A DNA stretch of 11,855 bases from a virus (Duplodnaviria; Heunggongvirae; Uroviricota; Caudoviricetes): positions 1 to 11,855 of IMG/VR virus record IMGVR_UViG_2541047119_000012; one strand, 5' to 3'. The notes below the pieces were generated by a model. It saw only the letters and a list, made by a program, of their open reading frames with translations. It searched no databases and was not told the DNA's origin. Of the stretch, positions 6,211 through 11,855 are shown piece by piece (within the stretch, counting starts at the first letter, position 1; each line of letters opens with the position of its first letter). The position numbers and the translations under genes are program-made.

Positions 6211-7020
6211 ATGAATAATCTGATGGTCATTGATGGTATTGAAGTTCGTCGTGATGCTTATGGGCGTTACAGCCTGAACGATCTGCATCGCGCAGCAGTA
6301 GCATCTGGTGCAAATGCCAGAACCAAGGAGCCGGGAAAGTTTCTTTCCAGCCAACAAACTGTTGAGCTTGTTCATGAATTGACCAACACCCAGAATTTGG
6401 GTGTTGACCCGGTGAGTGTGATTCATGGGGGAAATGAACGGGGAACGTATGTCTGCAAGGAACTGGTGTATGCCTATGCAATGTGGATCAGCCCGTCATT
6501 CCATCTGAAGGTGATCCGTACTTTCGATATGGTAACCAGCGCACCGGAAAAATTATCCGGACAGGCTGCTGACAAGATGCAGGCTGGCGTGATCCTGCTG
6601 GACTTTATGCGCCGGGAGTTAAACCTGTCTAACTCTTCAGTGCTTGGTGCCTGTCAGAAACTCCAGGAGGCTGTTGGCTTACCGAATCTGGCACCGCGCT
6701 ATGCCATTGATGCTCCTGCTGACGCGCCTGATGGCTCAAGCCGCCCCACGCTATCATTGAGTGCACTGCTGAAGCAGTATGGTATCCGCCTGACAGCTAA
6801 TCAGGCATATCACCAGATGGCGAAGCTGGGGATCGTTGAACAACGTGAACGATACAGCCGCACTGCGATTAACAACATCAAAAAATTCTGGTCGCTGACA
6901 GCGAAAGGCTGCATGTTCGGCAAGAACATCACCAGTCCCGCAAATCCGCGCGAGACGCAGCCGCATTTCTTCGAATCCCGATTCCCTGAGCTGTTAAAGC
7001 TGCTCGATACCGTTCATTGA
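6211..7020 (+). CDS. KilA-N domain protein with a C-terminal antirepressor-like region
   Basis: N-terminus ...DGIEVRRDAYGRYSLNDLHRAAVASG...GTYVCKELVYAYAMWISPSFHLKVI is a KilA-N domain. Strong RBS AAGAGGAGAAA. Confidence 0.75.
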   Translation: MNNLMVIDGIEVRRDAYGRYSLNDLHRAAVASGANARTKEPGKFLSSQQTVELVHELTNTQNLGVDPVSVIHGGNERGTYVCKELVYAYAMWISPSFHLKVIRTFDMVTSAPEKLSGQAADKMQAGVILLDFMRRELNLSNSSVLGACQKLQEAVGLPNLAPRYAIDAPADAPDGSSRPTLSLSALLKQYGIRLTANQAYHQMAKLGIVEQRERYSRTAINNIKKFWSLTAKGCMFGKNITSPANPRETQPHFFESRFPELLKLLDTVH

Positions 7021-7021
7021 G

Positions 7022-8017
7022 GTGACCGTGAGAGCACTACTGACTCCTGAAATTGCCCCGCGTATGGGGATCGTATTGTTCAGGCCAGGTTCAGAGCTGA
7101 TGCCCCTGTTTATGCAGGGGCGTGTCCTGCTGGAGCCTGAGCCGGAACGTTATTCATCTTTCGCCAGTGGTGCCGTTCCGGCGGCATCACAACCGCTGGC
7201 GGATGATCCTGCCGTTCGGGCCGTGTTCCGCAATGAGGCAGTGATCCGTCGTGCTGGTGGCGTGGAATGTCTTGAAAGCTGGTTACTTCGTGAAAAAGGC
7301 TGCCAGTGGCCTCATTCCGACTGGCACAGCGAGAACATGACCACAATGCGACACGCTCCGGGCGCAATCCGTCTGTGCTGGCACTGCGATAACCAGCTGC
7401 GCGATCAGTTCACGGAACGGCTGGAATCAATGGCAACGGATAACTGTGCCCGCTGGGTGTTGTCTGTTGTGCGTCGGGATCTCGGTTTTGATGACAGTCA
7501 CGTTGTGACAATGCCGGAACTGTGCTGGTGGCTGATTCGTAATGACCTGGCGGATGCCTTACCGGAAAGTGCAGCCCGTAAGGCACTTAGATTACCGAAG
7601 CCTGTTGTGCCGTCTGTTACCCGGGAAAGTGACCTTGTGCCTTCGGTTCCTGCCACCAGCATCATCCAGGATAAAGCGAAAAAGGTGCTGGCGCTGAAAG
7701 TGGATCCTGAGTCGCCGGAGTCTTTTATGTTACGCCCAAAACGTCGCCGCTGGGTTAATGAAAAGTACACGCGCTGGGTTAAGACACAGCCGTGTGCATG
7801 TTGTGGAAAGCCTGCTGATGATCCCCACCACCTGATAGGTCACGGTCAGGGAGGAATGGGTACAAAAGCGCATGACCTCTTTGTGTTGCCTTTGTGCAGA
7901 AAGCATCACGACGAGCTGCATGCGGATACCGTGGCATTTGAAGAGAAGTATGGCTCCCAGCTGGAGCTGATATTTCGTTTTATCGATCGTGCGCTGGCAA
8001 TAGGCGTACTGGCGTAA
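7022..8017 (+). CDS. DUF968-like prophage protein with a C-terminal Cys/His zinc-binding (HNH-like) motif
   Basis: C-terminus ...PCACCGKPADDPHHLIGHGQGGMGTKAHDLFVLPLCRKHHDELH. Nin-region position between rusA and Q. Start is uncertain (GTG 7022 or a downstream start). Confidence 0.5.
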   Translation: MTVRALLTPEIAPRMGIVLFRPGSELMPLFMQGRVLLEPEPERYSSFASGAVPAASQPLADDPAVRAVFRNEAVIRRAGGVECLESWLLREKGCQWPHSDWHSENMTTMRHAPGAIRLCWHCDNQLRDQFTERLESMATDNCARWVLSVVRRDLGFDDSHVVTMPELCWWLIRNDLADALPESAARKALRLPKPVVPSVTRESDLVPSVPATSIIQDKAKKVLALKVDPESPESFMLRPKRRRWVNEKYTRWVKTQPCACCGKPADDPHHLIGHGQGGMGTKAHDLFVLPLCRKHHDELHADTVAFEEKYGSQLELIFRFIDRALAIGVLA

Positions 8018-8030
8018 GTGGAGAACGAGC

Positions 8031-8783
8031 ATGAACTTTGAAGCCTTACCGAAATATTACTCCCCAAAATCTCCAAAATTGAGCGATGACGCACCGGCGA
8101 CAGGCTCTGGTGGTTTAACAATTACGGATGTAATGGCTGCGCAGGGGATGGTGCAGTCGAAAGCACCGCTTGGGTTTGCCTTATTCCTGGCAAAAGTTGG
8201 TGTTCAGGATCCTCAGTTTGCGATTGAAGGTCTGCTCAATTACGCGATGGCACTGGATAACCCGACATTGAACAAATTGAGTGAAGAAACCCGGCTACAG
8301 ATCATTCCTTACCTTGTGAATTTTGCCTTTGCTGATTATTCCAGGTCTGCGGCAAGTAAGGCTCGCTGTGAGCATTGTGCTGGTACTGGATTTCATGATG
8401 TATTGCGCGAGGTGGTGAAACACTCCAGAAGCGGGGAATCTGTTATCAAGGAAGAGTGGGTGAAGGAACTGTGTCAGCATTGTCATGGTAAGGGAGAAGT
8501 CAGCACAGCGTGCAGAGGGTGTAAGGGTAAAGGTATTGTCCTGGATGAAAAAAGAACCAGGCTTCATGGCACGCCTGTTTATAAGGTTTGTGGGCGTTGC
8601 AATGGAAACCGGTTTAGCCGTTTACCAACCACACTGGCGCGGCTTCATGTCCAGAAGCTGGTACCAGACCTGACGGATTATCAGTGGTACAAAGGATATG
8701 CAGATGTCATTGATAAACTGGTTACAAAGTGCTGGCAGGAAGAAGCGTATGCTGAGACACAATTGAGGAAAGTGACGAGATGA
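8031..8783 (+). CDS. Q: late-gene antitermination protein Q (phage 82 / QuuQ type, 250 aa)
   Basis: Four CxxCxGxG-type zinc-finger repeats (CEHCAGTG, CQHCHGKG, CRGCKGKG, CGRCNGN). Sits immediately upstream of a promoter plus short-transcript terminator. GGAG RBS. Confidence 0.8.
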   Translation: MNFEALPKYYSPKSPKLSDDAPATGSGGLTITDVMAAQGMVQSKAPLGFALFLAKVGVQDPQFAIEGLLNYAMALDNPTLNKLSEETRLQIIPYLVNFAFADYSRSAASKARCEHCAGTGFHDVLREVVKHSRSGESVIKEEWVKELCQHCHGKGEVSTACRGCKGKGIVLDEKRTRLHGTPVYKVCGRCNGNRFSRLPTTLARLHVQKLVPDLTDYQWYKGYADVIDKLVTKCWQEEAYAETQLRKVTR

Positions 8784-8814
8784 ATGATTTTCGACGAAAA
8801 TGGCGACATGATGC

Positions 8815-8843
8815 TTGCATTTTTCAAAAAAAATGGATAATAT
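8815..8843 (+). promoter_or_regulatory. PR'-like late promoter (-35 TTGCAT, 17-bp spacer, -10 TAATAT); a qut site is expected to overlap
   Basis: Hexamers at 8815-8820 and 8838-8843, directly downstream of Q and about 50 nt upstream of an intrinsic terminator. Confidence 0.5.
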
Positions 8844-8890
8844 TTTCTCAATGATAGGCATTGTGTGTCCGGCTTTAATAAAAAGTAGAA

Positions 8891-8917
8891 AACCCGCTGA
8901 TGTGCGGGTTTTTTTTC
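8891..8917 (+). terminator. tR'-like intrinsic terminator
   Basis: AACCCGC-TGATGT-GCGGGTT hairpin followed by TTTTTTTT. Confidence 0.7.
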
Positions 8918-8937
8918 GGAATTTTAGATGTGTGGCA

Positions 8938-8967
8938 TTGAAATGGTATTCGGCGAGTAGGTAGAAT
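8938..8967 (+). promoter_or_regulatory. sigma70-like promoter upstream of the cargo genes (-35 TTGAAA, 18-bp spacer, -10 TAGAAT)
   Basis: Hexamers at 8938-8943 and 8962-8967, about 27 nt upstream of the 8995 ATG. Confidence 0.4.
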
Positions 8968-8994
8968 TTAAACTTTCGTCTCGTCTGGATCGAC

Positions 8995-9537
8995 ATGATG
9001 TTTCAAGCCTTCCAAACAGCAGTATTTAAAAATGTTGCAGAGTATTTAAAAGGGCGCTTCCCTCATAAGTCGTTAGGGCTCGTATATGCCGACGAGCTGG
9101 TACTAAAAGATATGGAGTTCCTCAAGGCTAACAATAAACTGCGGTGGGATCCCGGACTAAAGTCGCGAGTGTTTATGGATATGATGGAAGAACACCCGAT
9201 AAAACTAGTTGTTTATTATCGTGGGGAGCCTATTGGATTTGCATTTGGGTGTTACTGTAAGCCGAAAAATGCGGTGCATATTTGCTGGATGGAAAAACGT
9301 AATGATGCACATGAAGACCTAGACCATCAGATGCTTGGTATCGTTTTGGATTGCTTCTCTGCATATGCACGATTTCTGAACCTTCAGGGTGAATCTATTG
9401 ATTCGATAGCTTTAGTTAGTCCAGTTGATGGGGCAATAAGATACTATACTGAAAGTGGTTTTGAGTACATTGCTGATTACGAACGAGGTGGTTGCGCAAT
9501 GGTGCTTAGGAGCGTTTTACCTAACCAATCAGTGTGA
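8995..9537 (+). CDS. uncharacterised cargo protein (180 aa), possibly GNAT-fold acyltransferase-like
   Basis: Lies in the AT-rich segment. C-terminal ...SIALVSPVDGAIRYYTESGFEYIADYERGGCAMVL resembles the GNAT beta5-alpha4-beta6 region, but the canonical Q/RxxGxG/A acetyl-CoA motif is not evident. Weak SD. Confidence 0.55.
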   Translation: MMFQAFQTAVFKNVAEYLKGRFPHKSLGLVYADELVLKDMEFLKANNKLRWDPGLKSRVFMDMMEEHPIKLVVYYRGEPIGFAFGCYCKPKNAVHICWMEKRNDAHEDLDHQMLGIVLDCFSAYARFLNLQGESIDSIALVSPVDGAIRYYTESGFEYIADYERGGCAMVLRSVLPNQSV

Positions 9538-9728
9538 GTTAGATTCTTAATTTCTCCAGAATCATTACAAAAGTATTGAAAACCTCTTTTAGTTGATGCA
9601 ATCTGGATCCACACAAAGCACACACAAAATGTACTACGCTTTACTTTATACATCTTCAGGTAACAAACTTTGTTGCCTTTATGCTTCAAAGAAGCAACTA
9701 CAGCTTAGTGCTGAACAAGGGGATTTTT

Positions 9729-9914
9729 ATGAAACATCATGAGCAGATAGAGATTGAGGCAGCTAAAGTCGTCGCCGAACTCTTTGCTGGCAATGCATCT
9801 CCAATGGAAACCTTTGGTATTACATGGAGTCAAACTCAGATGTTAGAGCGTAAGAATCCTGGTGTAGTGATCAAACTAGTACCGGATGACGGTAAAAAAC
9901 TTGCGTATTGCTGA
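9729..9914 (+). CDS. uncharacterised small cargo protein (61 aa)
   Basis: ATG at 9729 with AAGGGG 6 nt upstream (the track's upstream ATG at 9681 lacks an RBS). Followed by an intrinsic terminator. No motif recognised. Confidence 0.5.
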   Translation: MKHHEQIEIEAAKVVAELFAGNASPMETFGITWSQTQMLERKNPGVVIKLVPDDGKKLAYC

Positions 9915-9973
9915 TAATTTTTAAAGATTTTTTCAGCTAGAGAATCGATTATTTTACTATAAATCGCGAAGGA

Positions 9974-9998
9974 GCCCCACATATTGTGGGGCTTTTTG
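9974..9998 (+). terminator. intrinsic terminator closing the cargo unit
   Basis: GCCCCACA-TAT-TGTGGGGC hairpin (8-bp stem) followed by TTTTTG. Confidence 0.7.
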
Positions 9999-10171
9999 TT
10001 TCATCTTAGTTAGCCGTTATTCACATTCACTACTTTGCTACTTATCCACTGTAAAAATAAATTGTGAATTATTTTGTGGCTTATTGTTAGTGTTCTATCA
10101 ATTTTGTGTGTGATATTCCATTGGCGTGGTTATTATCTGTGCATCGCACTTAAATGTATAAAGCTCACTAG

Positions 10172-10486
10172 TTGAGACAATCCTACCACCAGTTGGTGGT
10201 ATCTCATGATTCACTGAATTGCAAATCTTCTGAATTGCTGGATGAGTTTAAATCTCACCGGCGCTATTTCTCCGTATCAGTCTCCGTGCCTTATACCGAT
10301 GTCAGGACGCATAAGCCCGTTCAGTTCTACCCGGGTAAACATCCGTGCGAGAAACCGGCGGATATGCTCAGGCAAATAATCAATGCCAGTAGTCGACCTG
10401 GTGATCTGGTTGCTGATTTCTTTATGGGATTCGGTTCCACAATAAAAGCAGCAATGGCGCTGGGGCGTCGGGCGTTAGGTGTTTAA
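10172..10486 (+). pseudogene. remnant of a beta-class N6/N4 DNA methyltransferase (C-terminal motif region only)
   Basis: ...HPCEKPADMLRQIINASSRPGDLVADFFMGFGSTIKAAMALGRRALGV corresponds to the conserved ...HPTQKP...GD.VLDPF.GSGTT..AA..LGR..IGIE block with degenerate residues. No DPPY-encoding N-terminal part upstream, which is AT-rich non-coding. TTG start only. Confidence 0.55.
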
Positions 10487-10553
10487 CTTGAGTCAGAGCG
10501 GTTTAATCAGACGGTGAAAGAGGTAAGTGAACTGGTGGGGAAATAATTCTGGT

Positions 10554-10579
10554 GGCCACGTTGCGTGGCCTTTTTATTT
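10554..10579 (+). terminator. intrinsic terminator immediately upstream of the holin gene
   Basis: GGCCACG-TTG-CGTGGCC hairpin (10554-10570) followed by TTTTTATTT. Confidence 0.6.
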
Positions 10580-10622
10580 CCAACACAGCACCCGCAAATA
10601 TCGCGAGGTGAGAGATGACGAA

Positions 10623-10958
10623 ATGCCTCATAACCCAAATACCTGGCCGGACTGGCTGGAGTTGTTTCAGAGCTGGTGGCGTGGAGACACACCGCTGGGT
10701 GCAGTGATTATGTCGATCGTTATGGCTGGTTTGCGCATCGCCTATTTTGGCGGTGGTGGTGGCTGGAAGCGAAAAACGCTCGAGATTTTGCTATGTGGCG
10801 CTCTGACGCTGACCTTTGCATCCGCTCTTGAGTATGTCGGATGGCCTAAATCACTTTCTGTTGCCATTGGTGGTGGGGTGGGGCTGATCGGTGTCGATGC
10901 TATTCGTGGGGCTGCAATGCGAGTAATCGGTAACAAATTTGGTGGCTCTAAGGAGTAA
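10623..10958 (+). CDS. holin (lambda-S-like architecture, about 111 aa)
   Basis: Three hydrophobic segments (AVIMSIVMAGLRIAYFGG; TLEILLCGALTLTFASALEYV; LSVAIGGGVGLIGVDAIRGAAM) and a charged C-terminus, directly upstream of the endolysin. GAGGTGA about 11 nt before ATG 10623. The track's 10527 GTG start would place a terminator hairpin inside the coding sequence. Confidence 0.7.
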   Translation: MPHNPNTWPDWLELFQSWWRGDTPLGAVIMSIVMAGLRIAYFGGGGGWKRKTLEILLCGALTLTFASALEYVGWPKSLSVAIGGGVGLIGVDAIRGAAMRVIGNKFGGSKE

Positions 10959-10961
10959 TTT

Positions 10962-11438
10962 ATGCAGGTACTAAATTCCCAGCGTAAAGCTTTCCTTGAT
11001 ATGGTGGCTTGGTCAGAAGGAACGGATAACGGACGACAACCGACACGTAACCACGGTTATGACGTTATTGTCGGTGGTGAACTCTTCACTGATTACTCCG
11101 ATCACCCTCGCAAACTTGTCACGCTAAACCCCAAACTCAAATCAACAGCCGCCGGACGTTACCAGCTTCTTTCACGTTGGTGGGATGCTTACCGTAAACA
11201 GCTTGGTTTGAAAGACTTCTCCCCCAAAAGCCAGGACGCTGTGGCATTGCAGCAGATTAAAGAACGTGGCGCTTTACCGATGATTGATCGTGGTGATATT
11301 CGTCAGGCTATCGACCGTTGCAGCAATATCTGGGCTTCGTTGCCGGGCGCTGGTTACGGTCAGTTCGAGCATAAGGCTGACAGCCTGATTGCAAAATTCA
11401 AAGAAGCAGGCGGAACGGTCAGAGAGATTGAGGTATGA
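10962..11438 (+). CDS. R: endolysin, lambda R-type lytic transglycosylase
   Basis: ...[57 protein letters not shown]...[91 protein letters not shown]... is almost identical to phage lambda R as I recall it. AAGGAG RBS. Confidence 0.95.
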   Translation: MQVLNSQRKAFLDMVAWSEGTDNGRQPTRNHGYDVIVGGELFTDYSDHPRKLVTLNPKLKSTAAGRYQLLSRWWDAYRKQLGLKDFSPKSQDAVALQQIKERGALPMIDRGDIRQAIDRCSNIWASLPGAGYGQFEHKADSLIAKFKEAGGTVREIEV

Positions 11439-11855
11439 GCAGAGTAACCGCGATTATTTCCGCTCTGGTTATCTGCATCATCGTCTGCCTGTCATGGGCT
11501 GTTAATCATTACCGTGATAACGCCATTACCTACAAAGCCCAGCGCGACAAAAATGCCAGAGAACTGAAGCTGGCGAACTCGACAATTACTGACATGCAGA
11601 TGCGTCAGCGTGATGTTGCTGCGCTCGATGCAAAATACACGAAGGAGTTAGCTGATGCGAAAGCTGAAAATGATGCTCTGCGTGATGATGTTGCCGCTGG
11701 TCGTCGTCGGTTGCACATCAAAGCAGTCTGTCAGTCAGTGCGTGAAGCCACCACCGCCTCCGGCGTGGATAATGCAGCCTCCCCCCGACTGGCAGACACC
11801 GCTGAACGGGATTATTTCACCCTCAGAGAGAGGCTGATCACTATGCAAAAACAAC
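11435..11855 (+). CDS. Rz: Rz i-spanin (inner-membrane spanin); 3' end beyond the window
   Basis: [48 protein letters not shown]... matches lambda Rz. ATG overlaps the R stop. Confidence 0.9.
   Translation, partial: MSRVTAIISALVICIIVCLSWAVNHYRDNAITYKAQRDKNARELKLANSTITDMQMRQRDVAALDAKYTKELADAKAENDALRDDVAAGRRRLHIKAVCQSVREATTASGVDNAASPRLADTAERDYFTLRERLITMQKQ
11655..11837 (+). CDS. Rz1: Rz1 o-spanin lipoprotein, embedded in the +1 frame of Rz
   Basis: [24 protein letters not shown]... has a lipobox (VVGC) and the proline-rich [17 protein letters not shown], lying wholly inside Rz in another frame as in lambda. Confidence 0.9.
   Translation: MRKLKMMLCVMMLPLVVVGCTSKQSVSQCVKPPPPPAWIMQPPPDWQTPLNGIISPSERG

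Noticed and set aside
4369-6481. Alternative-frame and antisense ORFs across the PerC-like/Dam/LexA-DBD/RusA/KilA-N genes (e.g. 4600..4872-, 5045..5626-, 5235..5747+, 5723..6031-, 6154..6426-)
   Set aside because: All overlap well-supported, translationally coupled plus-strand genes and give low-complexity Arg/Ser/Pro-rich products.
7110-8121. Minus-strand ORFs across the DUF968-like and Q genes (7110..7367, 7498..7770, 7730..8032, 7906..8121)
   Set aside because: They are antisense to coherent plus-strand genes and lack RBS.
8622-8996. ORF 8622..8996(-), 124 aa
   Set aside because: It spans the Q 3' end, the PR'-like promoter and the terminator on the opposite strand, and its translation is Phe/Ile/Lys-rich AT-driven noise.
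8784-10620. tRNA genes between Q and the lysis genes, as found in Stx phages
   Set aside because: I looked for cloverleaf-compatible GC-rich 70-90 nt segments with a T-loop (GGTTCGAAT-like) and found none; the interval is AT-rich apart from terminator hairpins.
10527-10622. GTG 10527 as the holin start (143-aa product)
   Set aside because: The extension contains a terminator hairpin with T-run and adds a non-holin-like hydrophilic N-terminus. ATG 10623 with its RBS is preferred.
1-11855. CRISPR array
   Set aside because: There are no regularly spaced direct repeats with unique spacers; the only tandem repeats are the 15-bp iterons inside the replication gene and the duplicated operator.

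Overview
This window reads as a lambdoid (lambda-like) prophage segment of an enterobacterial genome, entered from the left through the 3' end of an IS3-family-like transposase gene. All calls are from reading the sequence and ORF track by eye; no searches were run. Left to right: IS transposase C-terminus (2..319); a GC-rich, hairpin-rich non-coding stretch; two convergent overlapping small ORFs (721..1180); an immunity region with a leftward CI-type repressor (1458..2150, HTH plus S24 peptidase), TTGC-N7-GCAA operators on both sides of it, and a divergent Cro-like gene (2248..2508); a YdaT/CII-like gene; an O-like replication initiator carrying a 15-bp iteron array inside its own coding sequence (3397..4338); a PerC-like regulator; a phage Dam-type N6-adenine methyltransferase; a LexA DNA-binding-domain-only protein; RusA; a KilA-N protein; a DUF968-like zinc-motif protein; antiterminator Q (8031..8783) followed by a PR'-like promoter and terminator; and the lysis cassette (holin, lambda-R-like endolysin, Rz with embedded Rz1, running off the right edge). 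The best candidate for an undescribed system is an AT-rich, self-contained moron (promoter, 180-aa GNAT-like ORF, 61-aa ORF, terminator; about 8920..10000) sitting between Q and the holin, the position Shiga toxin genes occupy in Stx phages. Secondary leads are a near-consensus LexA box inside the cI coding sequence paired with the phage-encoded LexA-DBD protein, a frame switch with a probable TTG-start small gene at 3049..3407, and the small ORFs at the N/rex position.
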